A stretch of 59,175 nucleotides of DNA, counting the filler, from Candidatus Woesearchaeota archaeon (lineage in GTDB: Archaea; Nanobdellota; Nanobdellia; Woesearchaeales; GCA-2685855): the NCBI GenBank assembly GCA_002685855.1. It is 4 parts of 4 records of this genome, joined end to end, with 100 filler letters (N's around TTAATTAATTAA, not from the genome) between each part and the next. Parts side by side here need not be neighbours in the genome. Positions count along the whole stretch, not along the records: positions 13,878 to 41,257 come from NYYS01000036.1; 3 more parts are not named here. One strand, 5' to 3'. Positions 28,212 to 37,673 of this stretch are shown one piece after another. Every line of letters begins with the position of its first letter. Position 1 is the stretch's first letter. A model generated the notes under the pieces. The model had not been told where the DNA came from. It worked only from the letters and a program-made list of their open reading frames with translations, and did no database searches. The position numbers and the translations under genes were made by a program.

Positions 28212-28985
28212 ATGGATATCAAAAAGACCGCAATAGAAGCAGCAAATAAAGCAGCAGAAATTCTCATCCAGAAATCAAAAGAAAAAAACGCATTCACAAT
28301 GAAGAATGCACACGACATCCAGACAGAAGTAGATCTCCTCTCAGAAAAAACCATTATCTCCACCATAAAAAAACACTTCCCTGAACATTCAATATTCGCT
28401 GAGGAATCTGGCAAACAGATCACATCCTCAGACTACCTTTGGGTCATCGACCCCCTCGACGGAACAATAAACTATTCGCGAGGCATTCACGAGGTATGCA
28501 TCATCATTGCAGTCCAGCACAAAGAAGAAATCATCTTTGACCTCATCTACCAGCCCTTCACCAAAGATCTCTACATTGCAGAAAAAGGAAAAGGAGCATT
28601 CCACAACAACAAAAAACTAACAGTCTCCAAAGAAACAGAACTCATAAACATGATCATCGCAACAGAAAACTCAAGTCATATGGAAAAAAGAAAAGAAACC
28701 CACAAAATCCTCTCTAATATCTGTGACAAATTCAGGAACATCCGCATCTTTGGATGTGGAGCACTAACCCTGACAAAACTCGCATCAGGAAAGATCGACC
28801 TATTCTTTAAAACAAAATATAATCATTGGGACTTCGCTGCAGGAGCACTCCTCGTCGAGGAAGCAGGAGGAACCGTAACAGACTTGCAAGGAAATCCCAT
28901 AACTCAACACTCAAAAGAGATCGTTGCCACCAACGCACTAAAGCACAAGGAAATCCTTGAACTTCTTAACAAGGCAAACAACTAA
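28212..28985 (+). CDS. Inositol monophosphatase family protein (SuhB-like)
   Basis: TEVD, FAEES, WVIDPLDGTINY and WDFAAGALLVEEAGG. Confidence 0.93.
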   Translation: MDIKKTAIEAANKAAEILIQKSKEKNAFTMKNAHDIQTEVDLLSEKTIISTIKKHFPEHSIFAEESGKQITSSDYLWVIDPLDGTINYSRGIHEVCIIIAVQHKEEIIFDLIYQPFTKDLYIAEKGKGAFHNNKKLTVSKETELINMIIATENSSHMEKRKETHKILSNICDKFRNIRIFGCGALTLTKLASGKIDLFFKTKYNHWDFAAGALLVEEAGGTVTDLQGNPITQHSKEIVATNALKHKEILELLNKANN

Positions 28986-29983
28986 TACAGCACATTGCAC
29001 TGGATCGGATAATTCGTCGACGTCTGTATATCCTTTGACCCCAACACACTCTGGCTGATCCTGTTAAACCCGATCCCACATCCCGAATGCAACACCGGAT
29101 TCTTCTTCACCATCTCCAGATAATCAGCAAAATCATCCAGCGTTTTTCCCCGCGTCTGCAGCACCCGAAACATCGGACTCTCCTTCAGCCGAGTAACCAA
29201 CCGATCATGATCATCTTCCCTCTCCGCAGCACCCGCACTCTCACCCGAATAAGGCATCACCAAGTCAGCACTATTCACAATCTGCGGATCGTTCCGGTTC
29301 TCACGCATATTAAAGAACTTTATCGCCTTTGGAAAATGCGTGATAAACAACGGCTTTCTGCCCATCTCTTGCACAAGATACTGCTCATGCTCACTCGAAA
29401 AATCATCACCAAACCGAATAGCATGCGCCGACCCATCAAGAACATCAACAGCTTCCCGATACGATATACATCCAAACTTCTCCTCAACCCAGCCCACCAT
29501 CTCTTCATACCGCCCAAGCTCCTCCAAATCATTCCCTCTCTCCCGAAGAGCAGAACGCATCATCGCCTTCATCGTTCCCTCAATATGCCCAAGCACATCA
29601 CCCAGCCTCCCTGCATGCTCAAGCTCGATCAGCTGAAACTGGTTCAGATGCCTCTCATCAGCCTGATCCTCAGCCCGCGAACTCGTAATAATAGTCCACA
29701 ACTTATTATGAAGAGGAATCTTCGCCTCTAGATACAACTGCCCTGTCTGAGCAAGATAGGCCTCCTGCCCAAAATGATCCACAGCATACAACGTATCCAC
29801 ATTCTCACACGCCCCAGTAATCTTCGTCATAATCGGAACCTCCACCCAGGTAAACCCTTCTTTACGAAGATAATCCATCGCTCCCCACAACAAGGCATCA
29901 TTAATCCCATCAATAACTCCCGCCTCCTCACTATTAATAATTCCAAACCTTCCTTCTGTCTTGCAAAACGCTTCTAAATTCAT
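28982..29983 (-). CDS. AsnRS-paralogue lacking the anticodon domain (archaeal-type asparagine synthetase A-like)
   Basis: YLAQTGQLYLE, SRAE..RHLNQF.LIELE and HSGCGIGFNRI; only 333 aa, with no N-terminal OB domain. Confidence 0.8.
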   Translation of the reverse strand: MNLEAFCKTEGRFGIINSEEAGVIDGINDALLWGAMDYLRKEGFTWVEVPIMTKITGACENVDTLYAVDHFGQEAYLAQTGQLYLEAKIPLHNKLWTIITSSRAEDQADERHLNQFQLIELEHAGRLGDVLGHIEGTMKAMMRSALRERGNDLEELGRYEEMVGWVEEKFGCISYREAVDVLDGSAHAIRFGDDFSSEHEQYLVQEMGRKPLFITHFPKAIKFFNMRENRNDPQIVNSADLVMPYSGESAGAAEREDDHDRLVTRLKESPMFRVLQTRGKTLDDFADYLEMVKKNPVLHSGCGIGFNRISQSVLGSKDIQTSTNYPIQCNVLY

Positions 29984-30016
29984 GGTATCACCTCTGAACC
30001 TCCTTCGATCAGCTAT

Positions 30017-30038
30017 ATAATCATTTGTTGATGATTAT
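30017..30038. promoter_or_regulatory. Inverted repeat, candidate operator
   Basis: ATAATCAT-N6-ATGATTAT between the divergent asnA-like and TrmB-like genes. Confidence 0.45.
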
Positions 30039-30085
30039 TCTACAACAATAGAAACAATTATATACGCCCTCATCTACAAAAAAGA

Positions 30086-30367
30086 ATGAACCTCTCCACC
30101 TACCTCGAAAAATTCAGAAAGATCGGCTTCTCCTACAACGAATCAAAAGTCTACATCACACTCGCAAAACTCGGCTCCTCAAAAGCCAACGTCAGAAAAA
30201 TACCCTCAAAAACAGAATCCCCTGTCGTCACAAACATCTACAAAAACAAGATCGCAATCATCATCTGGAGCGAAATCCCCGAAGCCATTCTCATCGAAAA
30301 CGCCCAGGCAGCAAACGCCTACCGCGACTACTTCGACTTCATGTGGAAACACGGTATGAAAGAATAA
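30086..30367 (+). pseudogene. TrmB-family regulator with a large in-frame internal deletion
   Basis: The TrmB start (IGFSYNESKVYITLAKLG) is joined directly to the TrmB end (IYKNKIAII...ILIEN...YRDYFDFMW); only 93 aa. Confidence 0.6.
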
Positions 30368-30369
30368 TC

Positions 30370-31962
30370 ATGGTTCATGAATTCACAGAAAAAAAGATGT
30401 ATTATTTTCTTTTAATAGTATGCATATTTCTTCCCTTATTTCTTTTTATGTTTAGTGGAGCAACGGAACTGTTCATAGCATACATCCTTATTTTAGGAAT
30501 CTCATACCTAATAGTCCGTATGGTCATAAATAAATTAAAAAACCCTGAAGATAAAAAGATTCAAATAAAAGACCTTACTCACCAAAAACCCCTTAGGATC
30601 GTTATTAAACCTCTTCAGTTTTATCTTATCTTGTTGGTAGCTATTCTTCTGATCTTTGGCCCAATCTTGCTTATTGTTCTCTCCTATGAAAAAGAGGAAA
30701 TAAAGCTTCTAAACTCCTGCACAGAAGATTTCACAGCAATCAAGACACAAAACGTGTGCAACTCTCAATGTAAAAAAATTTGTAGGACTAATCTCTATCC
30801 TGCATCATCATCAGACTATCAATATAAAAAAGACGGCTGTGGATCCTGCAGCTGTTTATGCAGCAGATTTGCATACTATGAGATTTCAAGAAAACTTCAA
30901 TTTGGAAATCCTAAATTAAATGAAAACCTTATCTCGAACATATCATTTGAGTACCTTACCCTAAACAACAGCCCCTATGTAAATCTAACCTGGGAAGAAA
31001 ACAGCAAAAAACCCCTGATACTGAGACAGTCCTATTCGCCCGTATTAAATCATTGCACTACCAACGAGTGCAACAAAAAATATTCATTAATCAATGTAAC
31101 TTCCGAGATAAGATACGGATTTCTGGGCTCATTTGAATTCTTTTCCCAAACTAAAAAAAGATATACCTCTGGAGAATACGCAATCCCCTTAAACTATACT
31201 TTTTTTGGAATGAACATACCCCCTCATCCTCGCATCGAGGTAGAGATAGACGGAAACCTGTTCACTGAATATGACATAGGAAACACCATTTTTCTAAAAA
31301 ATAATTCCTTTGATTCAATAAAACTAATTTCAAACAGCTATGATGAAGACGGATCTATTAATAAAACCCGCTGGACGATGTCAAATAAGATCATCTCTCA
31401 AAGTGAAATAGCAACAATTAAAAAAGTTGATACGCCAGGAGAAATAATCGCTCTCACAATCACCGATGACAAAGGGGGCACATCAACAAAAAAAACACAT
31501 CTCTTGATATACGAAAGAAAAATAGCAAATCCCTTTGATAACATAAAAATTCGATTAGGCGGATACCTTCTTGCAGCCCTTTCCTTTTTTATTGGACTAG
31601 CCTACCTTCGAAAATTCCTCGAAATGAAAAAAATGCTGTCAAGTGAAAGTACGCTGTGGAGAAAACCCTTATTAAAAGCAATAATTTGGGGTTTCATGCT
31701 CCCCTTTATGATCATTCTAATTACGCATAAAATCCTTAGAACCTATGCAACAGACCCTCTTCCAATAATTGAAGGAGCATTAATATCCTCTCCCATTCAA
31801 ACAAACAATCCACTCCTGCCTATTTTAATCATCACCAGTCTATTCTTCGGTGCCCTCATTCTCTTTTTCATTTACAGATTTATTAAATATGAACAAAATC
31901 ACGGACACCCACATCCCCTAAGAGAACTTATCAACAAGCTCTTTTCTAGAAAAAAGAAGTAA
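30370..31962 (+). CDS. Polytopic membrane protein with a Cys-rich segment and PKD-like domain
   Basis: N- and C-terminal TM helices, CNSQCKKIC..CGSCSCLC, and SYDEDGSI...LTITDDKG. Confidence 0.7.
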   Translation: MVHEFTEKKMYYFLLIVCIFLPLFLFMFSGATELFIAYILILGISYLIVRMVINKLKNPEDKKIQIKDLTHQKPLRIVIKPLQFYLILLVAILLIFGPILLIVLSYEKEEIKLLNSCTEDFTAIKTQNVCNSQCKKICRTNLYPASSSDYQYKKDGCGSCSCLCSRFAYYEISRKLQFGNPKLNENLISNISFEYLTLNNSPYVNLTWEENSKKPLILRQSYSPVLNHCTTNECNKKYSLINVTSEIRYGFLGSFEFFSQTKKRYTSGEYAIPLNYTFFGMNIPPHPRIEVEIDGNLFTEYDIGNTIFLKNNSFDSIKLISNSYDEDGSINKTRWTMSNKIISQSEIATIKKVDTPGEIIALTITDDKGGTSTKKTHLLIYERKIANPFDNIKIRLGGYLLAALSFFIGLAYLRKFLEMKKMLSSESTLWRKPLLKAIIWGFMLPFMIILITHKILRTYATDPLPIIEGALISSPIQTNNPLLPILIITSLFFGALILFFIYRFIKYEQNHGHPHPLRELINKLFSRKKK

Positions 31963-31963
31963 A

Positions 31964-33160
31964 TCACGTCTTAGAATGAATCTCAATCACATCCCTGTGC
32001 TCTAAAAGATACTCCCTTCCAACAGGAAGTTTCTTTTTAACGTTAATAGCCTTAATAAAATTCTTACCAAAATCAGTATGAAGTTTAAAGGCAAAATCAA
32101 GCGCACTTGATTTTGGTTTCATCAAAAAACAATCAGGCAACACATTCCCATCACTATCCGCCAGATTATTAACCCCTCCAGGAAAAATAGCAATATACTC
32201 CAACAAGTCAAACACAACAGCGTTCAGCACCTGCTGAACCCCACTACTCCCATACAGATCAAGCACGCTTGTCTGAATAAAAGACAACGCACCCTTCTGC
32301 TTCTCATTCAGCTTCTCCTCCTGCAAAAAAGAAAAAGAACCATCGCCCGGAACATACGCAATAAGCTCATGCTTCGCAGCCTCCTTCAACGCAAGCTCAG
32401 ACTCCGCACTACACTCAACAATAAGATAATCAGGAAACTCCTTCTTCAGCCGTTCAACATTCTCCTTTGCACCCGCAACATCGATCTTGTTCGCAGCAAT
32501 CATCATCGGCTTCGTCCTCTTCCGCAACACCTGTGCCAGCCTAAACAACTCATCCTCCTTCCACTCCGTAGGATTCCCAGACAAACCCAACTCCTTAATC
32601 GCCTGTTCACACATCACCTCATCAACACCCAATCCTGAAAGCTGCTTCCCGATCGCCTTATGCACCTCGCTATGCGTCTGCTGAACCGTTCTCGCAAACT
32701 TCTCCCAGCCCTTCTTCAAAATATCCAGATACCAATAATCCAACTCCTCTTCCAGAAAACGAACATCATTCACAGGATCATAACTCCCCACAGCTACCGG
32801 TTCGCCCTTCTCATTAATACTCCCAGACGCATCAATCACATGTATTAACGCATCAGCCTGATTCAGATCATTCAGAAACTGCGACCCCATCCCCTCTCCC
32901 TTATGCGCCCCCGGCACCAAACCTGCAACATCGATCATATCCATAGATACAAACCGCTGCCCCTTCACACAATACCCCACACGAGGATGACACTGCGTCT
33001 CAAACTCCTTACACACACACTCAATCCGCACAAAACCAATCCCATGATTCGGCTTAATCGTCGTAAACGGATAGTTCGCAATCTCCACCTCTGCCAGCGT
33101 AGCTGCCTTAAAGAACGTACTCTTTCCACAACTCGGCTTTCCAACAACTCCAATTAACAT
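31964..33160 (-). CDS. ychF: YchF/Ola1-family ATPase (archaeal type, TGS domain)
   Basis: GKPSCGKST, ANYPFTTI, DVAGLVPGAH.GEGMG, NKID and a C-terminal TGS domain. Confidence 0.92.
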   Translation of the reverse strand: MLIGVVGKPSCGKSTFFKAATLAEVEIANYPFTTIKPNHGIGFVRIECVCKEFETQCHPRVGYCVKGQRFVSMDMIDVAGLVPGAHKGEGMGSQFLNDLNQADALIHVIDASGSINEKGEPVAVGSYDPVNDVRFLEEELDYWYLDILKKGWEKFARTVQQTHSEVHKAIGKQLSGLGVDEVMCEQAIKELGLSGNPTEWKEDELFRLAQVLRKRTKPMMIAANKIDVAGAKENVERLKKEFPDYLIVECSAESELALKEAAKHELIAYVPGDGSFSFLQEEKLNEKQKGALSFIQTSVLDLYGSSGVQQVLNAVVFDLLEYIAIFPGGVNNLADSDGNVLPDCFLMKPKSSALDFAFKLHTDFGKNFIKAINVKKKLPVGREYLLEHRDVIEIHSKT

Positions 33161-33240
33161 CCTCTCCGTACATCGATCAACTTTAAAAGTTTTATCGTCG
33201 AAACCTGAACCTTTTTATACCTCCACCCATTACCTCAACC

Positions 33241-34431
33241 ATGCAATGGGTCGACAAATACTCTCCATCAACACTCTCTCAGCTCGTAGGCCAGGAACAA
33301 CCCTCCACCCAAATCCAATCCTACCTCCAGTCCTTTAAAAGAGGAAAAGCCCTTCTCATCTGGGGACCTACCGGATGTGGAAAAACATCTGCTGTTTACG
33401 CCATAGCAAACGACCAAAACGCAGAACTCATAGAGATGAACGCATCTGATCTCAGAAACAAAAACGCTATAAACGAATTCCTGGGAAGCGTAATTGGACA
33501 ACAATCACTCTTCTCCCAATTAAAAATCATCCTCATAGACGAAGTAGACCTATTCTCAGGAATCTATGACAGAGGAGGCATCCAAGCTCTAAGTAAGATC
33601 ATAGAAACATCAACCTTCCCTGTCATCTGCACAGCCAACAACCCCTTTGACAAAAAACTCAAACCCCTTAGAAAAATCTCCACATTAGTCGAACTCTCAC
33701 AACTCGATCATTCTATCATCTTCACCACCCTAAAAAATATCTCCCAAAAAGAATCCATCTCCCTCCCAGATCCTGTTCTAAAAACCCTTGCAAGAAAAGC
33801 CGGCGGCGACCTCAGAGGAGCAATTCACGACCTCCAAACACTCTCTTCATCACCCGACAACGACCCTGAATCATTCCTTGCTTCAGAACGAAGAAAAACA
33901 GAAACAATTGAACAGGCACTCACCAAAGTGTTTAAATCCACCTCGCCTGAACTCTATAGAGGTGCATTCGACCTCGTCGGAGAAAACATCGATACCATCT
34001 TTCTCTGGGTTGACAACAATCTTCCAAGAGAATACACAAAAAACAAGGATAGAAAAAGAGCCTATGATGCCCTCTCAAAAGCAGACATATTCCGAGGACG
34101 TATCAGAAAACAACAATACTACCGTTACTATGTCTACATCTTCGAACTCCTCACCTCAGGAATCGCACTCGCAAAAAAAGAACGCTATCCAGGAATATCC
34201 GAATATAAAGAATCAATGCGCATCTTAAGAATCTGGCAGGCCAACATGAAATACGCCAAACGAAAAATCATAGCAGAAAAACTCGCTAATAAAACACACC
34301 AATCACAAAAACAGGCATTCCAGCAGATCCCCCTGATGAAAATCGCCTTTCAAAAAAATAAAGACTATGCAGAAAAAATCACCAGTGAACTAAACCTTGA
34401 CAAAGACGAAGCAGACTGGCTAAATAAATAA
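33241..34431 (+). CDS. rfcL: Replication factor C large subunit
   Basis: WVDKYSP, GPTGCGKT, EMNASDLR, ILIDEVD and GDLRGAIHDLQ. Confidence 0.93.
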   Translation: MQWVDKYSPSTLSQLVGQEQPSTQIQSYLQSFKRGKALLIWGPTGCGKTSAVYAIANDQNAELIEMNASDLRNKNAINEFLGSVIGQQSLFSQLKIILIDEVDLFSGIYDRGGIQALSKIIETSTFPVICTANNPFDKKLKPLRKISTLVELSQLDHSIIFTTLKNISQKESISLPDPVLKTLARKAGGDLRGAIHDLQTLSSSPDNDPESFLASERRKTETIEQALTKVFKSTSPELYRGAFDLVGENIDTIFLWVDNNLPREYTKNKDRKRAYDALSKADIFRGRIRKQQYYRYYVYIFELLTSGIALAKKERYPGISEYKESMRILRIWQANMKYAKRKIIAEKLANKTHQSQKQAFQQIPLMKIAFQKNKDYAEKITSELNLDKDEADWLNK

Positions 34432-34833
34432 CTACAACAACGTTTTAGACTTCTCCCAGCGCGACTCAAGACAAAACAAATCCTGCCCCTGCAAAAACAC
34501 AGCAAGCGTTGCAAGAGTCAATCCCAAATCTCTCACCATCACATCACTATAGCCAAGCGAAGCAGCGATCACAAGAAGATGAAGACCTAACACTAAGCTG
34601 CTCACTCTAGTAAAAATACCTAACAGCAAAAACAATCCAAAAAGTGTTTCCAAACCCCCATTAAACAACAAAAGGGTCTCTCCCGAAATGGGAAGCAACA
34701 CAGTCCAGGAAGGAAGCCATCCAAGCCAGGCCTGCCCATTTAAAAGCTGGTTCAGGCCAAACCACAGAAATACCAGACTAAGAGCTATCCGCAACAAAGG
34801 CGCAGCATAGATCCTGTACCCTTTAAGATTCAT
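34432..34833 (-). CDS. DoxX-family membrane protein
   Basis: LLRIALSLVFLWFG, GGLETLFGLFLLLGIFTR and VRDLGL. Confidence 0.85.
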   Translation of the reverse strand: MNLKGYRIYAAPLLRIALSLVFLWFGLNQLLNGQAWLGWLPSWTVLLPISGETLLLFNGGLETLFGLFLLLGIFTRVSSLVLGLHLLVIAASLGYSDVMVRDLGLTLATLAVFLQGQDLFCLESRWEKSKTLL

Positions 34834-34915
34834 ACTTTCTCGAATCTCCCCTCTTTTATATGTTTAACCCTACAAGAACCGAAAATGTAATAAAACCCTG
34901 CCTCCCTTCCCCAGA

Positions 34916-36400
34916 ATGACCCTCACAATCGACGAAATGGCCGCCTTTTGCAAGAGAAAAGGCTTTGTCTACCCAAGCAGCGAGCTCTATGGAGGACTCG
35001 CAGGCCTTTACGACTATGGTCCGTATGGAACAGAGCTCAAAAACAATATCAAATCCCTTTGGTGGAACTACCATGTTCAAAGCAGAGAGGACATCGTAGG
35101 CATAGACGGCTCTATAATCTCCCATCAGGGAATCTGGAAAGCCTCCGGCCACCTCGACGCATTCTCCGACCCCATGGCGATCTGCACAAAGTGCAAACAC
35201 AAAGACCGTATCGACACCCTCATCGAAGAAAAAACCAATCTCCCAACAGACGGCCTCTCAATGAAGGAGCTCAACGAATTAGTAAAAGAACATAAGATCG
35301 TCTGCCCACACTGCAAAGGCGCATTCCAAGAACTCCAGGACTTCAACCTCATGTTCCCTGTCCAGGTCGGAGCAGATACCTCATCAAAAGGAACCGCCTA
35401 CCTCAGAGGAGAAACCGCACAGCTCATCTTCACGAACTTCAAACTCGTAGCAGAAAATTCCCGCCTAAAACTCCCCTTTGGTATTGCACAGATGGGAAAA
35501 GCGTTCAGGAACGAGATCAGTCCAAGAAACTTCCTCTTCCGCCTCAGAGAGTTTGAACAGATGGATATCGAATACTTTATCCACCCAAAACAGAAATGCC
35601 CCTTTCTCAAAGAGGTAGAAAACTGCACCCTCCAAGTATATACAGCAGAAGACCAGGAAAAAAAGAAAAAACCCACCTTCCTCACAGTCCAAAAGATCCT
35701 ATCCAAAAAAATCATGACAGACTGGCACGCATACTGGTTAGCATACGAACACGAATGGTTCACAAAACTCAACGTCAACCCAAAAAACCTCAGAGTCCGC
35801 CAACACCTAAAAAAGGAAAAAAGCCACTATGCACTAGACACCTGGGATCTTGAATACAACTTCCCATTCGGCTGGAAAGAGGTAGAAGGAATAGCAAACA
35901 GAACAGACTACGACCTCAAGGCACATTCCAAACACTCAAAAAAAGATCTTTCAATCTTTGATGAACAAACAAAAGAGAAGATCATTCCTCATGTAGTAGC
36001 AGAACCCAGCCTCGGAGTAGATCGCTCATTCCTCATCTTCCTCTTGGATGCCTTTCACGACGACAAAAAAAGAGGAAATATCCTGCTAAAACTCCATCCC
36101 AGGCTCGCCCCGGTAAAAGCAGCAATCTTCCCCCTTGTCTCCAACAAAGAGGAGCTCACAAAAAAAGCAAGGACAGTCTACACAATCTTAAAAGACAGTG
36201 TTCCTTGCACCTACGACAAGGGAGGAAGCATCGGACGCAGATATGCCCGTCAGGACGAACTAGGAACGCCCTACTGCATAACTATAGACTTTGACTCCCT
36301 CAAAGATGACACCGTAACCATCAGAGAACGAGACTCTACAGACCAAAAACGCATAAAAATCAGCGAACTTAAGCCCTTTATCCTTGATAAACTCTCATAA
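34916..36400 (+). CDS. glyS: Glycyl-tRNA synthetase (alpha2 type)
   Basis: YDYGPYG, YLRGETAQ, FRNEISPR..FRLREFEQ, EPSLGVDR and SIGRRYARQDE. Confidence 0.97.
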   Translation: MTLTIDEMAAFCKRKGFVYPSSELYGGLAGLYDYGPYGTELKNNIKSLWWNYHVQSREDIVGIDGSIISHQGIWKASGHLDAFSDPMAICTKCKHKDRIDTLIEEKTNLPTDGLSMKELNELVKEHKIVCPHCKGAFQELQDFNLMFPVQVGADTSSKGTAYLRGETAQLIFTNFKLVAENSRLKLPFGIAQMGKAFRNEISPRNFLFRLREFEQMDIEYFIHPKQKCPFLKEVENCTLQVYTAEDQEKKKKPTFLTVQKILSKKIMTDWHAYWLAYEHEWFTKLNVNPKNLRVRQHLKKEKSHYALDTWDLEYNFPFGWKEVEGIANRTDYDLKAHSKHSKKDLSIFDEQTKEKIIPHVVAEPSLGVDRSFLIFLLDAFHDDKKRGNILLKLHPRLAPVKAAIFPLVSNKEELTKKARTVYTILKDSVPCTYDKGGSIGRRYARQDELGTPYCITIDFDSLKDDTVTIRERDSTDQKRIKISELKPFILDKLS

Positions 36401-36443
36401 AAACCACTACAAATATAAAAACAACCTTTTTCTTCCTCTTACA

Positions 36444-37673
36444 ATGGCAAAAAAGAACTCAAAAAATATGAAAACCCTCTTTGACAAACCTGCCACTAAC
36501 CCTATTTATAAAGGACTCTATCTTATAGCCATCATTCTAATCCTCTTTGGAGTCTACCTGCTTTCTAAAACACTCCTAACTCCTCCTGTTCAGACCTTTC
36601 CCCTTCCAGAAGGCAGCGATGTCTCAAATTATTCTGTTCCCTTTTATATCTTCACAGACTGTACTGAAAACACAATCATCGCCTGCCAGCAGTTTGCAAT
36701 CTTCTCAATTAAAGGAGAAGCCCAATCACTCCCTCTTGGAAGCTATGGGGGAAAAATCGACCAAGCAACAACACTATACAAACAATCAGCAGGAAAAAAA
36801 TTAGAAAAAGCAACAGCCCTACTCCAGGTGGAATCCTTTCCCGATCCTGAAGATGAAAATAACAACATCCTCTTTTCCCCCAGCATCTACCTTGTCGATC
36901 TTGAGAACAACATCGTCAAGCTTTCAGAATCCTGGAACTTTGTCATGAGAGATCCAGAACGCTCAAGAGAAATCTGTAAAACAATCTATTCAGGAGCAGA
37001 ATGTCTGGAAAAAACAGGATTTATCTATGCTGCTGCCTTAAAAGATAAAACCATCTGTTCACAATATTCTGATAACCCGCTCCTCTACAAAGACTGTCTT
37101 GATAATGTCGCAGTCGCCCTTGAATATGCAGATCTCTGCTCCAAAGAAAGCAACTGTATAAATAAAATTGCAGTAAAAACACAGAATAGGTCTGTGTGTA
37201 ATAATAAATATACTATTACTGGACACATTCGTTGCTTACAAGATGTTCGTTTCATTGAATCTGTACAAAATTCCAACACAACAGGATGTCTGAACATGAC
37301 TGGTAAAAAGAACTGTTTAACACAAATTGCAATAAAAGAACAAGATCAGACAATCTGTGAAGAAGCAGGAACCCCTGAAGATAAGGAAAGCTGTCTATTA
37401 ACCTTTGCAATAGAAACAGAAAATCATGAGCTCTGTTCAGAATTAACAGAAGAAGAACCCTGCCTAAGACAGGTAGCGTATGCTAAAAAAGATCCTTCGC
37501 TCTGCCCAGAAACAGACACAACCTGCTCAAACAAACTAGCAATCACACTTCAGGATACCACTCTCTGTAAAGATGAACTCTGCAGCAAACAAGTAAAAAC
37601 TGCTCAAAAGCTCGGACTTGTCTGTTCTCCTAATGACAACATATGTAACGCATTTATAGAACAAGAAAGCTAA
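36444..37673 (+). CDS. Membrane-anchored protein with Cys-paired helical repeats
   Basis: N-terminal TM; about 7 repeats of CxxxxAxxxxDxxxC in the C-terminal half. Confidence 0.75.
   Translation: MAKKNSKNMKTLFDKPATNPIYKGLYLIAIILILFGVYLLSKTLLTPPVQTFPLPEGSDVSNYSVPFYIFTDCTENTIIACQQFAIFSIKGEAQSLPLGSYGGKIDQATTLYKQSAGKKLEKATALLQVESFPDPEDENNNILFSPSIYLVDLENNIVKLSESWNFVMRDPERSREICKTIYSGAECLEKTGFIYAAALKDKTICSQYSDNPLLYKDCLDNVAVALEYADLCSKESNCINKIAVKTQNRSVCNNKYTITGHIRCLQDVRFIESVQNSNTTGCLNMTGKKNCLTQIAIKEQDQTICEEAGTPEDKESCLLTFAIETENHELCSELTEEEPCLRQVAYAKKDPSLCPETDTTCSNKLAITLQDTTLCKDELCSKQVKTAQKLGLVCSPNDNICNAFIEQES

Noticed and set aside
29087..29731. Long antisense ORFs (also 14399-14965, 26603-27028, 44666-45223, 45423-45884, 46027-46572, 48793-49617)
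   Set aside because: Shadows of well-supported genes, explained by biased codon usage; no recognisable motifs.
34834..34915. Gly-rich leader before glyS (and Asn-rich leader before the asnA-like gene)
   Set aside because: None found. The leader-peptide pattern covers two of the three canonical aaRS genes here, so it is not universal.
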